Assembly (NCBI GenBank): GCA_964457755.1
Contig: CAYWGC010000011.1
Span: forward strand, 8,320-72,319
Direction: 5' to 3'
From: an uncultured Thermodesulfobacteriota bacterium
Lineage (GTDB): Bacteria > Desulfobacterota > Anaeroferrophillalia > Anaeroferrophillales > Tharpellaceae
Length of the DNA: 64,000 bases
In this document: positions 9,671 to 19,731 of the stretch, one piece after another
Layout: every line of letters starts with the position of its first letter
Position numbering within the stretch: the stretch's first letter is position 1
Notes under the pieces: model-generated
What the model was told of the DNA's origin: nothing
Databases searched by the model: none
The model's input: only the letters and a program-made list of their open reading frames with translations
Position numbers and translations under genes: made by a program

Positions 9671-12552
9671 CTGAAATCTTTAACTGCAGTTGCCGCGGAA
9701 GCGGTCCAGGAACTCTCGGGATACTCCTTCTGTAAGCGAAGTAAAAATTCATCTATAGAATCACCTTTGGAAAGGCCAATCTGACAACGCAATTGCCAAT
9801 AAAGCAACTCTGCCACCTCCGTAACCGGAGCTAAAAGTGTGAGTTTAGCAAACCAGGCAGCCGCCGCAGCATAATTTTTCTCTTCGTATAACATACGGCC
9901 CAGCCGATAACCCAGAAGTAGACGCTGATCAACCTTGACTTTTTGCGGATACATAAAGGACAAGGTGACAGCTCGACGCAAGGCTTCTAAAGCTTCTCCT
10001 TGAGCATCGCTAAGGATTAGAAGGTCAGCCTCTAAAACCGCCATCTCAACCCGCTCTGCAATAGCTGCTTCAGGAATTTCTTCTTTAACGTTATCGAGCA
10101 ACTCAAGAGCCTCACGCACCAGCCCCCGATGCTGCAGCAATCGCACTTTCAACAGCAACATCCGCGCCCGCCACTTTGGCGGCATTTTTTTTAGATTAAG
10201 AGCTCCAATAAAACTCTCGGCCTCGTCAAACCTCTCAAGCCCGAGCAAGAGATCGCCAATCCCCCAATTGATGATCAACTTCTGCTCAGGTGTAGGTTTA
10301 AGCTTTGTGACTTCCCGAAAGACCTCCAGAGCCCCATTCTCCAAGCCCTCTTTATGCAAAGCCTCACCAACCCACAAAAATGGATAGACGGCTCCCGGAC
10401 GCGAGAGAAAATCGTCGCTATATTCATGTTGCAACGCCACAATAGAGCCGTACTCCCCTTTTTTATAGAGCTCTTCGATCTCGGCAAAAATGGTTTTGCG
10501 CAAGGTTGTAAAGGTGACCTCTCTTAAACCCGGCTCAAGCCGCCGGGTCAACATATGACCCAATACCTGTCGCGCTTTTTCATATTGATTTTGGCGAAAA
10601 TAGAGTTGACCGAGGTTGAGTCTGACGATATCGGTAAATGGACTTTCAGGATGGCGGTCAATCAAATAACTGTAAGCCACCTCGCTGGCGAGTAAATCCG
10701 CATAAGCCTGATTGATCGGCACCAGCTTCTGGCGCACTTTGGGATCTTCTCCGAGGATAGCCATCTTCAGACGCGAGACGATATCACCCTCACTGCCGGG
10801 ATACTCTTTGACAACCGTCGAAAACATCAACATCGCTTCCGGCAGTTTCTTTTCTAAAACCAGAATTTCACCAATCTTGGCCAGGGCCTGGGGGGTGTTT
10901 TCATTCTCTGGAAAAAGATTGCGCATCGTTAAAAAATACTCTTTCGCCTCTGGATAACGCAACAACCTGTGATAAGCACTACCCAGAAGGTAAAGCGAAA
11001 GCGGGTCACGCTGAAGAAAGTCGGGATCTTTTTCGAGTCCGACCCGATACTCATCCAGAGCCTGACGCGCATCCCCTAAATAGGTTAGAGCGTTGGCTCG
11101 ATAGTAGTGAGCATAAACTGAAAAACCGCCTTCAGGCTGACGTTTGAGTAAGTTTGAAAAATCATCGTAGGCATTCTGGTAGCGTTTTAAAGAAAAATTG
11201 AGGCGGGCTAAAGCAAAGTTGGCCGCCGCCGCAAAAGAGCTCTCCGGATAACGCTTTAATAGAGCCTTATAGACGCCGGCAGCCTCATAAAAAAACTCCA
11301 TCTTCTCATAAAGCCTGGCAACCTGCAGGTAAGCCCAAGGGGCTTCTTGGTGATCTTCGTGTAACCGCACGGCACTCAGAAACTCATCAATCACTTGAGC
11401 CAGACGATCACGATTACCGCCGCTGGCAATCGCTGCCTGTGCCCGAGCATCAAAACGTCGAAATTGGGCTGGGATATTGAGTAAGGTATCAGGAAAAGAG
11501 TCTACCAGTTGGCTGAAAAACTCTTCGGCGGCAACATAATCTTCCTCTTGGTAGGCTTTTAACCCCTGATCGAACAACTCCTGCCCTGGCGGGGGCTCAA
11601 TGATTGTTGCCACTGACTCTGATTCAGCTTCGGAAACAGAACTTTCAGTCGGCAATAACAGCGCTGCTTCTTCTGCCCGATCAACAACCGGTTGCGCTTC
11701 TTTTGGCGCAGCCACCGGCTCACTAGCTGAACTGCCGGCCGCCTCTGCGGCCGGCAGTTCAGCAATCGCTTCTGGAATGGGCGTTTCAGGTTTAGATTCA
11801 GGATCTACTTGCAATGAGGGCTCCGCAGGCTCAGAGCGAGAGTCAGAAGCAGATTTGAGGAGAGGAAGCGGCTGAGGCTTTTCTTGAACCGGAACAACCG
11901 TCGGCGGTAAAACCGAAACTGATTCCGGAGTAGTTTCGGTTTTACCGGGCTCACCTTCAGACCCGACCCTATCTGGTAATTCATTTTTTATTGTCGACTT
12001 AGACTCAGGATCAGATTCAGATTGGCCCTCAACTTCAGGCTCTGAAATACCAGGAGAGACAACTGCTACAGGCTTTTTGGGGAGAGAAGAAATTTTGGCT
12101 ACGGACTCTGTCGCTTTGATATCAACCACACACATCGGCGGAGATTCAAAGAGTGACACTTTAAGGGTGTAACTATCGATTCTTAGATAGATTGCAATTT
12201 CAAGATATTGTTCCTTCTTACTGACATTGACCCCTTTAACCAGAGGATCATCTAACACTTTGACCGGTTGAGCTCCAAAATTATTAAATTCAAAAAGTTT
12301 TATTATCAATTTACGATTTTCATGATCCTCTTCAGTCTCATAATAGCCGCCTTGGTTTAGCCGCATGACAACCCGACTGGAGTGCTTTTTTTTATCACTT
12401 CTCAGCTGGATTTTAAGCAGGTTCTTACGGTTACGCTCAACCGCCAAAGCCGCGTCGGCAACGACCATCGAAAAGAGAACGACAACCAACAAAAAAAACC
12501 AGACGGCCCGGGAAATATCCGGTTGCAAGCCGATTTTCCCCAAATCCTTCAC
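9640..12552 (-). CDS. Exported tetratricopeptide-repeat protein with AMIN-like N-terminal domain and Pro/Glu-rich linker
   Basis: Hydrophobic N-terminal segment, P/E/S-rich linker, many TPR-like helical pairs (LFDQGLKAYQEEDY, AWLQVARLYEKM, ALAKIGEIL). Overlaps the neighbouring activator genes. Confidence 0.8.
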   Translation of the reverse strand: MKDLGKIGLQPDISRAVWFFLLVVVLFSMVVADAALAVERNRKNLLKIQLRSDKKKHSSRVVMRLNQGGYYETEEDHENRKLIIKLFEFNNFGAQPVKVLDDPLVKGVNVSKKEQYLEIAIYLRIDSYTLKVSLFESPPMCVVDIKATESVAKISSLPKKPVAVVSPGISEPEVEGQSESDPESKSTIKNELPDRVGSEGEPGKTETTPESVSVLPPTVVPVQEKPQPLPLLKSASDSRSEPAEPSLQVDPESKPETPIPEAIAELPAAEAAGSSASEPVAAPKEAQPVVDRAEEAALLLPTESSVSEAESESVATIIEPPPGQELFDQGLKAYQEEDYVAAEEFFSQLVDSFPDTLLNIPAQFRRFDARAQAAIASGGNRDRLAQVIDEFLSAVRLHEDHQEAPWAYLQVARLYEKMEFFYEAAGVYKALLKRYPESSFAAAANFALARLNFSLKRYQNAYDDFSNLLKRQPEGGFSVYAHYYRANALTYLGDARQALDEYRVGLEKDPDFLQRDPLSLYLLGSAYHRLLRYPEAKEYFLTMRNLFPENENTPQALAKIGEILVLEKKLPEAMLMFSTVVKEYPGSEGDIVSRLKMAILGEDPKVRQKLVPINQAYADLLASEVAYSYLIDRHPESPFTDIVRLNLGQLYFRQNQYEKARQVLGHMLTRRLEPGLREVTFTTLRKTIFAEIEELYKKGEYGSIVALQHEYSDDFLSRPGAVYPFLWVGEALHKEGLENGALEVFREVTKLKPTPEQKLIINWGIGDLLLGLERFDEAESFIGALNLKKMPPKWRARMLLLKVRLLQHRGLVREALELLDNVKEEIPEAAIAERVEMAVLEADLLILSDAQGEALEALRRAVTLSFMYPQKVKVDQRLLLGYRLGRMLYEEKNYAAAAAWFAKLTLLAPVTEVAELLYWQLRCQIGLSKGDSIDEFLLRLQKEYPESSWTASAATAVKDFRWQQESRSLK

Positions 12553-13967
12553 GAAGCATCCTCCTCTAGTTGATTGCGGCGAATCTTCTCAATCAAAGTT
12601 GTTCGATTTATCTGCAACAATCGGGCGGCCTGCTCTTTAACCCCGTGCGTACGCTTTAAGGCTTCAGCGATCAACTCTTTTTCGAGTCGCGTTACTTCGG
12701 ATTTTAAGGAGATGCCTGCCGCTGGCAGTGCGACGGAGGCTGGCGTTTGCGAAAGTTCACCCACCCCTGAAACAGCACTTTCGGTCTGGAAAAGTTTCTC
12801 CGGCAGATCAAGCGGCATGATCCAGCCTCCCGGATTCATCACCGCGGCTCGTTCAATCACATTTTCAAGCTCTCTGACATTTCCCGGCCAGCTATAATTT
12901 TCCAGCAACCAGGAAGCTTCCGGCGTGATTCCCAAAACCTGTTCGGCGCCCTCAAAACCAGCATTGAAACGGCCCAGAAAAAACTCGGCCAAGCCAATAA
13001 TATCATCTGGCCGATCCCGCAAAGAAGGCAGTGTCAGGGGCACCACATTAAGACGGTAATAGAGATCTTCACGAAATTTTTCACTGACAATATCTTTTTC
13101 AAGGTCGCGATTGGTTGCTGAAACAATACGTACATCAACCCGTTTAGGTTCTTTACGCCAGCCTAAAGGCTCAATCGTTTTTTCCTGTAACAGGCGCAGG
13201 ATCTTAACCTGTAAAAGAGGCTCCATATCACCAATTTCATCGAGAAAAACAGTGCCGCCTTCCGCCATTTCAATCCGCCCGATACGGTCACTATGAGCCC
13301 CGGTAAAAGCCCCTTTGACATAACCAAAAAGTTCCGATTCGAGAAGATCTCGCGGGATCGCGCCACAATTAACCGGCACAAAAGGTTTCTGGCTACGCCG
13401 CCCCAGACTATGCAGAGCCCTGGCAGCCAACTCTTTACCGGTTCCACTTTCACCGCGAATCAGCACACTGCTGTCGGCTGGAGCCACTTTAAGAAGTTGG
13501 CGATAGACCTCCTTCATGGGCCCAGAAGCCCCTATAAATCCGCAAAACCCCTCGGTAAACAAAATTTCATCTGTCGGCAAGGTGCTGCCAAATTCACTTG
13601 AGTAGCGATTCCCACCTAAACATTGCTCAATTACCCGACTGGTTGCAGATTTTCTTAAGGGCGTAAAAAGATAGCTGTCGGCCCCGCTCTGGAGGGCCCG
13701 ACGCACTGCTGCCAAGGCCTCAGGACGACAGATTGCAATCACCGGAAAGCTCTCTAAAGCGGCTTCCTTCAAATTGACAAGGGAGTGACACCAGGAGGCA
13801 TCACCGTCCTCGCGACAATCAACTAAGGCAAAGGCAATATTATTCGAAAAAGATTCTGCTCTTTCAAACTGCGGCAGGATCTGCAGACAGACCTCAGCCG
13901 GAAGTGCTTTGGCAAGGTCTGCAGACAACTTTTCGCTTTCAGTTAAAAGTAAACAGGAAGATGGCAT
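12549..13967 (-). CDS. Sigma54-dependent transcriptional activator (FleQ/FlrA-like) with degenerate receiver
   Basis: GESGTGKE, GAFTGA, VFLDEIGDM, C-terminal HTH (VKEQAARLLQINRTTLIEK). Confidence 0.92.
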   Translation of the reverse strand: MPSSCLLLTESEKLSADLAKALPAEVCLQILPQFERAESFSNNIAFALVDCREDGDASWCHSLVNLKEAALESFPVIAICRPEALAAVRRALQSGADSYLFTPLRKSATSRVIEQCLGGNRYSSEFGSTLPTDEILFTEGFCGFIGASGPMKEVYRQLLKVAPADSSVLIRGESGTGKELAARALHSLGRRSQKPFVPVNCGAIPRDLLESELFGYVKGAFTGAHSDRIGRIEMAEGGTVFLDEIGDMEPLLQVKILRLLQEKTIEPLGWRKEPKRVDVRIVSATNRDLEKDIVSEKFREDLYYRLNVVPLTLPSLRDRPDDIIGLAEFFLGRFNAGFEGAEQVLGITPEASWLLENYSWPGNVRELENVIERAAVMNPGGWIMPLDLPEKLFQTESAVSGVGELSQTPASVALPAAGISLKSEVTRLEKELIAEALKRTHGVKEQAARLLQINRTTLIEKIRRNQLEEDAS

Positions 13968-14055
13968 AAAAACCTAAACAGAGCTAAGCGATCATCTAGA
14001 AAAAAATACGCCTATCAATAACCCAGAAAGAGAAAAAAACAAGTAGATGAAGCAA

Positions 14056-15069
14056 TCAAAAAATCCCGGCAACTGGAGTTCGACAAACCGGGCAGGACTT
14101 ATCTGAAATTTTATTTTCAACAACCTTAAAGCCATAGCGCTCAATCAAGACTTCACCGCAGTGATGACAATTGGTATTCTCCCCACCAATCCCGGGACGA
14201 TTACCTTCAAAAACGTAGCGCAAACCCGCCTCAAGACCGATATCGCGAGCTTTTTTGAGGGTCTCTGGTGAAGTCGGCGGTACTCCAGTTAAACGGTAGG
14301 TAGGAAAAAAACCGGTAACATGCCAGGGGATAGAGGGGGATATGGAGACCAGAAAACGGGCCAACTCTTTAAGTTCCGATTGATTGTCATTATAACCGGG
14401 AATCAACAGAGTGGTCACCTCAACCCAGATCCCATGCTCGATAAAGTCACTGATGGTCTCAAGGACCGGAGTCATACTGGCGGCCCCGCAAATCCGACGA
14501 TAAAAACTGTCCGACCAGGCTTTAAGATCAATATTGGCTCCCTGGATAAGGGGGTACAAACGACACCGTCCCGCCGCCGTCAAATAGCCATTACTGACCA
14601 TTAAGTTAAGCAACCCCTGCTCTTTTGCCAAAGCCGCGGTAGCGCACATCAATTCGAAATAGATCGTCGGTTCAGTGTAAGTATAAGCAATCGATCGACA
14701 ACCCGTGGCCAGAGCTTCTCGCACCAACTCCGAGGCTTTAACACGATGCCCGGACAAGCCTTTTCCATTTTGCGGCATTTGTGAAATCTCATGATTCTGG
14801 CAATGACGACAGCGAAAGTTGCAACCGGGGGCCGCCAGAGAATAGCTTTTAGAGCCCGGCAAAACATGGTACAAAGGCTTTTTCTCGATCGGATCAACAT
14901 GCGTGGCAACCACGAGATCAGCAACCAGCGTATAGAGGGTGCCCTCCCGATTCCGACGAACGCCGCAAATGCCAGTCTGCCCCGAACGCAAACGACAGAG
15001 ATGGGCACAGAGATCACAACGCACCCGATTTTCCGGTAATCTGGTATAAAGTTCCGCTTCACGCATCAT
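14056..15069 (-). CDS. amrS: AmmeMemoRadiSam system radical SAM enzyme
   Basis: N-terminal CDLCAHLC..G.CGVR, DPIEKKPLYH, radical SAM CNFRCRHC, YTYTEPTI, C-terminal CxxC motifs. Confidence 0.92.
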   Translation of the reverse strand: MMREAELYTRLPENRVRCDLCAHLCRLRSGQTGICGVRRNREGTLYTLVADLVVATHVDPIEKKPLYHVLPGSKSYSLAAPGCNFRCRHCQNHEISQMPQNGKGLSGHRVKASELVREALATGCRSIAYTYTEPTIYFELMCATAALAKEQGLLNLMVSNGYLTAAGRCRLYPLIQGANIDLKAWSDSFYRRICGAASMTPVLETISDFIEHGIWVEVTTLLIPGYNDNQSELKELARFLVSISPSIPWHVTGFFPTYRLTGVPPTSPETLKKARDIGLEAGLRYVFEGNRPGIGGENTNCHHCGEVLIERYGFKVVENKISDKSCPVCRTPVAGIF

Positions 15070-15160
15070 TTACCTCCTGTTAAAAACAACTTTTAAATAC
15101 ACTACTAAATTGATTTCGCATAGACCCAAATTTTTATCCCTTATGGAAGTTGACACTAAA

Positions 15161-15187
15161 AGGGCAGAACCTTAATGGTTCTGCCCT
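15161..15187. repeat. Perfect 11-bp inverted repeat between divergent amrS and purH
   Basis: AGGGCAGAACC-TTAAT-GGTTCTGCCCT. The core resembles the hairpin at 18363-18387. Confidence 0.6.
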
Positions 15188-15343
15188 AAGAGACCCGACT
15201 TTACAAAAAGGTATCATTTTCAACAAACAGACAACTAAATCTAACCTGTAATCAAATTTTCATTGCATTTTTGGCGTTGGTTGGGTATTTCATCTTTTTC
15301 GCTTTTTTTTCACGAATCCTCAACTGCATCTTAAGGAAAATTT

Positions 15344-16921
15344 ATGGCTACTATCAAACAAGCTCTGATCAGCGTCTCCGACAAAGCCGGCATCGTCGAA
15401 TTCTCACAGCAATTGATCGCTTTAGGGGTGCGTATTCTTTCGACCGGCGGCACGGCTAAACTTTTGCGCGAAAACGGCCTGAAAGTCGTTGAAGTTTCTG
15501 ACTACACCGGTTTTCCCGAGATGCTGGACGGGCGCGTCAAAACCCTGCATCCCAAAATTCATGGCGGTCTCTTAGGACGCCGTGACCTGCCCGAGCATGT
15601 CGCAAAAATGGCTGAGCACAACATCGAAGCGATCGACCTGGTGGTCGTCAACCTCTACCCCTTTGCTGAGACCATCGCCAAACCTGATTGTGAGTTTGCC
15701 GACGCCATTGAGAATATTGATATCGGGGGGCCGACGATGCTGCGCTCCGCCGCAAAAAACTATGGCGCGGTTACGGTAATCATTGAGCCTGGTGACTACG
15801 CCCCGATCATCGCTGAAATGCAAGCTCACAATGGTGCCGTCGGCCCGGAAACCAATTTCACTCTGGCTAAAAAAGTTTTCCAGTCAACGGCGGCCTACGA
15901 TGCTGCTATTGCCAACTACCTGGGCCGTTTTCCGCGCCCAGATGCCCACCAATTAGAGCAATATTTTCTACCTGAGACCTTCACCTGGCAGGGAACCAAG
16001 GCGCAGGATCTGCGCTACGGCGAAAACCCTAACCAGCGCGCGGCTTTCTATAAAGATCCAGAGATCAATGAACCCTGTATCAGTAATGCTGTCCAACTCC
16101 AGGGCAAAGAGCTCTCCTTTAATAATATTTTAGACAGCAATGCCGCCTTTGAATTGGTCAAAGAGTTTACGGAACCGGCGGCCGTCTTCATCAAGCACAC
16201 CAACCCTTGCGGGGCTGCCACCTCAACCTCGAAAACTATGGCAGAAATCATAAAAAGGGCCCGGGCCTGCGACCCAATTTCCGCTTTTGGCGGCATCGTC
16301 GCCTTAAACCAGGAGGTCGACAAGGAGAGTGCCGAGATTCTGAGCGAAACTTTCCTGGAAGCGATCATTGCTCCGGGATTCTCGGCGGAAGCCCGTGATA
16401 CTCTGGCCGGTAAAACTGCATTACGTCTGCTCGAAGCCCCCCTTCTGGATGATTTTCAGGCAAGTGGCCTTGAGCTTAAAAAAGTTGTCGGTGGTTTCCT
16501 CCTGCAAGAACGCGATCTCAAGGAGGCCTCAAGCGACAGCTGGCTAACTGTCAGCGAGCGTGAACCTACAGAAAAAGAGTTTGCAACCCTGCAGTTCGCC
16601 TGGAAAATCTGTAAACATGTCAAATCCAACGCCATTGTTCTGGCTGACGATAACCGTCTGGTCGGGGTTGGAGCCGGCCAGATGAGCCGCATTGATTCAG
16701 TCAATATTTCGGTCATGAAAGCACAGGTACCAACCGCTGGTTCAGTCCTGGCGTCCGATGCCTTCTTCCCCTTTCGTGACGGCATCGATGCGGCTGCCAA
16801 AGCTGGCGTGACCGCAATCATTCAACCCGGCGGCTCCAATCGCGATGACGAAGCCATCGCCGCCGCCAACGAACATAATATGGTTATGATATTCACCGGC
16901 AACCGCCATTTCAAGCATTAA
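15344..16921 (+). CDS. purH: Bifunctional AICAR transformylase/IMP cyclohydrolase
   Basis: ALISVSDK, STGGTA, GRVKTLHP, IDIGGPTM, LRYGENP, KHVKSNAI, SDAFFPF, RHFKH. Confidence 0.99.
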   Translation: MATIKQALISVSDKAGIVEFSQQLIALGVRILSTGGTAKLLRENGLKVVEVSDYTGFPEMLDGRVKTLHPKIHGGLLGRRDLPEHVAKMAEHNIEAIDLVVVNLYPFAETIAKPDCEFADAIENIDIGGPTMLRSAAKNYGAVTVIIEPGDYAPIIAEMQAHNGAVGPETNFTLAKKVFQSTAAYDAAIANYLGRFPRPDAHQLEQYFLPETFTWQGTKAQDLRYGENPNQRAAFYKDPEINEPCISNAVQLQGKELSFNNILDSNAAFELVKEFTEPAAVFIKHTNPCGAATSTSKTMAEIIKRARACDPISAFGGIVALNQEVDKESAEILSETFLEAIIAPGFSAEARDTLAGKTALRLLEAPLLDDFQASGLELKKVVGGFLLQERDLKEASSDSWLTVSEREPTEKEFATLQFAWKICKHVKSNAIVLADDNRLVGVGAGQMSRIDSVNISVMKAQVPTAGSVLASDAFFPFRDGIDAAAKAGVTAIIQPGGSNRDDEAIAAANEHNMVMIFTGNRHFKH

Positions 16922-16955
16922 ACATTTAAGAAATATTTCCACTCCTCCGCAATGC

Positions 16956-17005
16956 GGGGACAGATCTTTAGCTCTGTCCCCCACGCGAAGCAGGGCGAAG
17001 CAAAG
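16956..17005 (-). repeat. REP-like element in purH-purD gap
   Basis: Hairpin GGGGACAGA...TCTGTCCCC plus AGGGCGAAGCAAAG, the reverse complement of CTTTGCTTCGCCCT also found at 18340 and 31208. Confidence 0.7.
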
Positions 17006-17040
17006 CAACAAATTGCCATCATTGGCTTAGGAGAGAGTAA

Positions 17041-18318
17041 ATGAAAATTTTAGTGGTCGGCGGCGGTGGCCGTGAACATGCTTTGATCTGGAAACTTTCG
17101 CAAAGCAACAAAATTGAACAGATCTTCTGCGCCCCGGGTAATGCCGGGATTGCCTCTTTAGCAACCTGTGTACCGATCGAGTCCAATGACATTGAACGTC
17201 TGGTCGAGTTTGCTCGCAATGAAAACATTGAGCTGACAATTGTCGGTCCTGAAGATCCTCTGGTCGCCGGAATCGTCGATGCTTTTGAAGCCGCCGAATT
17301 AAGAATTTTCGGGCCCAACCGGGCGGCAGCCGAGATCGAAGGCAGCAAGACCTTCTGCAAAAATCTCCTGAAAAAATACGAGATCCCAACTGGAAACTCA
17401 GCTTCGTTTGACAACCTTGATGATGCCATTGAATACGTCTACAAAAAAGGTGCACCGATTGTTGTTAAAGCTGATGGTTTGGCCGCTGGAAAAGGGGTTG
17501 TGGTCGCCCAGACCGTCGAAGAAGCCGAAGATGCGATCAACAAAATCATGCGGCGAAGAGCCTTCGGTGATGCCGGCAAAGAGGTTATTATCGAGGAATT
17601 TCTCGAAGGAGAAGAGGCCTCTTTCCTGGTCTTTACGGATGGCGATATTGTCGTTCCGATGGTCACCTCGCAAGATCATAAACCAGTTTTTGACGACGAT
17701 AAGGGCCCCAACACCGGCGGCATGGGAGCCTACTCGCCAGCCCCGGTGATCTCGGAAGGACTGTTCCGCCGGATCATGAATGACATCATGATCCCCACCG
17801 TCAAAGCGATGGCTGCTGAAGGCTGCAAATATCGCGGCATTCTCTACGCCGGACTGATGATCAAAGATGGTATTCCCAAGGTCCTTGAATTTAACGCCCG
17901 CTTTGGTGACCCGGAAACGCAACCCATTCTCATGCGTTTAAAAAGTGATCTCCTGCCTATCCTTGAAGCCTGCATCTCCGGCCATCTCGCCAAAACGATT
18001 GTCGAATGGGATGAACGACCGACTGTCTGCGTAGCTATGGCCTCTGGAGGGTACCCTGGAAAATATGAAAATGGCCAATTGATCTCCGGCCTCAATCTTG
18101 CCGGCCGCCTTAAAGAGGTAATGGTCTTTCATGCCGGTACGGCCAAAAATGAGAACGACAAAATCGTTACCAACGGCGGCCGGGTTTTAGGAGTTACGGC
18201 AATCGGTGACGACATTCCTCACGCTATTGAAAAAGCCTACCACGCAGTCTCAAAAATAGACTGGGAAGGGGCCCATTTCCGCAAGGATATCGGCCGCAAA
18301 GCTTTAAAAAGGATCTAA
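17041..18318 (+). CDS. purD: Phosphoribosylamine-glycine ligase
   Basis: GGGGREHAL, APGNAG, KADGLAAGKGV, DKGPNTGGMGAY, EFNARFGDPE, VFHAGT. Confidence 0.99.
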   Translation: MKILVVGGGGREHALIWKLSQSNKIEQIFCAPGNAGIASLATCVPIESNDIERLVEFARNENIELTIVGPEDPLVAGIVDAFEAAELRIFGPNRAAAEIEGSKTFCKNLLKKYEIPTGNSASFDNLDDAIEYVYKKGAPIVVKADGLAAGKGVVVAQTVEEAEDAINKIMRRRAFGDAGKEVIIEEFLEGEEASFLVFTDGDIVVPMVTSQDHKPVFDDDKGPNTGGMGAYSPAPVISEGLFRRIMNDIMIPTVKAMAAEGCKYRGILYAGLMIKDGIPKVLEFNARFGDPETQPILMRLKSDLLPILEACISGHLAKTIVEWDERPTVCVAMASGGYPGKYENGQLISGLNLAGRLKEVMVFHAGTAKNENDKIVTNGGRVLGVTAIGDDIPHAIEKAYHAVSKIDWEGAHFRKDIGRKALKRI

Positions 18319-18339
18319 TTGCCAGAGAGCAGTCCAGAA

Positions 18340-18398
18340 CTTTGCTTCGCCCTCTGTAACCAGGACCAGAACTAATGGTCTGGCCCCACATCGAGACA
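18340..18398 (+). repeat. REP-like element in purD-purE gap
   Basis: CTTTGCTTCGCCCT followed by hairpin GGACCAGA..TCTGGCCCC and ACATCGAGACA. Confidence 0.7.
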
Positions 18399-18422
18399 AT
18401 TCGAACACGGGAGTTTTACAAA

Positions 18423-18938
18423 ATGCCGAAACAAATCGACATCCTCATTCTCATGGGCAGTGACTCCGACTGGAAGGTTATGAGCGAAACTGCAACGGTT
18501 CTTGAATTTTTTGGAGTTCCCCATGAAGCTCGGGTGTCTTCGGCCCACCGAACTCCAGAGCGCACCTTGCAGATCGTTAGAGAAGCTGAAAAAAAAGGCT
18601 GCAAAGTGATTGTCGCCGGAGCTGGTGCCGCCGCCCATCTGGCTGGTGTCGTTGCCGGCCATACCCTGCTCCCGGTCATCGGCATTCCCTTAAGTTCAAC
18701 CGCCCTGCAGGGTATTGATGCTCTGCTGGCCACAGTCCAGATGCCGGCCGGAATTCCGGTTGCAAGCATGGCTATCGGCAAGGCCGGAGCCACCAATGCA
18801 GCCCTTTTTGCCCTGCAGATATTAGCTTCAGGAAACCCCAGGATAGCAAAACAGCTCTCCGATTACCGCCGGGATATGACCCAAAAAGTCGAAGATAAAG
18901 ATAAACGCCTTCAGGAACGTCGCCAGCAGAAAAGATGA
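18423..18938 (+). CDS. purE: N5-CAIR mutase
   Basis: MGSDSD, SAHRTP, AGAGAAAHLAG, QMPAGIPVA. Start moved to ATG 18423 because the track start at 18375 lies inside the repeat. Confidence 0.97.
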   Translation: MPKQIDILILMGSDSDWKVMSETATVLEFFGVPHEARVSSAHRTPERTLQIVREAEKKGCKVIVAGAGAAAHLAGVVAGHTLLPVIGIPLSSTALQGIDALLATVQMPAGIPVASMAIGKAGATNAALFALQILASGNPRIAKQLSDYRRDMTQKVEDKDKRLQERRQQKR

Positions 18939-19567
18939 TCACCCTCAACTACCCTTTCCCCGGGGATCGGCAGGCTGAAACGCTTAAACAGATTGACTCT
19001 ATAGTTCAATCTGGAGGGATAGTTGTCTACCCAACCGAAACTTTTTATGCGATCGGCGGCAACGCTCTCGATAATGAGCTGGGACAGCGCCTTTCCGAGA
19101 TAAAAAAACGCCCTTTGGATAAACCTTTTCCATGCCTTGCTGGCAGTCTTCAAGTTCTGGACAAACTGGTCTCTAACTGGCCTGAACCCGCCTTGCAACT
19201 CGCCGACAAATACTGGCCGGGAGCCCTGACTATGGTTTTAGAGGGTTTTAAGACGCTCCCTAAAACCATTCTCGGCGAAGATGACAGCGTTGCCGTGCGC
19301 TGGTCTCCCCACCCGCTAATCCGTGATTTAGCAAAGCTCGCACAGCTTCCTCTGATCTCCACCAGTGCCAATTTAAGCGGCCAGACGCCAACCCCTAAAG
19401 CCGACCAGCTTGACCCGCAACTTCTGGCCTTAAGCGACCTCCTAATAATCGCCAACAACCAGAATCCAGCCCCTCAACCTTCGACAATCATTGACGTAAG
19501 AGTTGATCCCCCAATACTTTTACGAAGCGGAGAGCTTGTAATACCAGGGCTTTTGCCTGAAGCATAA
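18935..19567 (+). CDS. tsaC: L-threonylcarbamoyladenylate synthase (Sua5/YrdC)
   Basis: YPTETFYAIG, KKRPLDKP, WPGALT, STSANLSG, PSTII. Confidence 0.95.
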   Translation: MITLNYPFPGDRQAETLKQIDSIVQSGGIVVYPTETFYAIGGNALDNELGQRLSEIKKRPLDKPFPCLAGSLQVLDKLVSNWPEPALQLADKYWPGALTMVLEGFKTLPKTILGEDDSVAVRWSPHPLIRDLAKLAQLPLISTSANLSGQTPTPKADQLDPQLLALSDLLIIANNQNPAPQPSTIIDVRVDPPILLRSGELVIPGLLPEA

Positions 19568-19607
19568 CTGACGGAGCCGAAACTAAACAGGTTTTCTATG
19601 TATATTA

Positions 19608-19672
19608 ACCACGAAGGCATGAAGGTCACGAAGTTGAAAAGCCTTTCTTCGTGACCTTCGTGCCTTCGTGGT
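19608..19672. repeat. Periodic-arm palindrome (26-bp arms, 1 mismatch)
   Basis: ACCACGAAGGCATGAAGGTCACGAAG ... CTTCGTGACCTTCGTGCCTTCGTGGT. Each arm is three copies of an 8-9-nt CACGAAG unit. Confidence 0.9.
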
Positions 19673-19731
19673 GAAAACGATTTTGACCTTTTCGACTTAA
19701 AAGTAACTATTCATAGACAAGAGACTATAAA

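Noticed and set aside
15190-15343. ZMP/ZTP riboswitch upstream of purH
   Set aside because: The conserved ACUGRCGGA and GCCUGGGC segments are absent. The lone ACTGACGGA near 19567 lacks the 3' partner.
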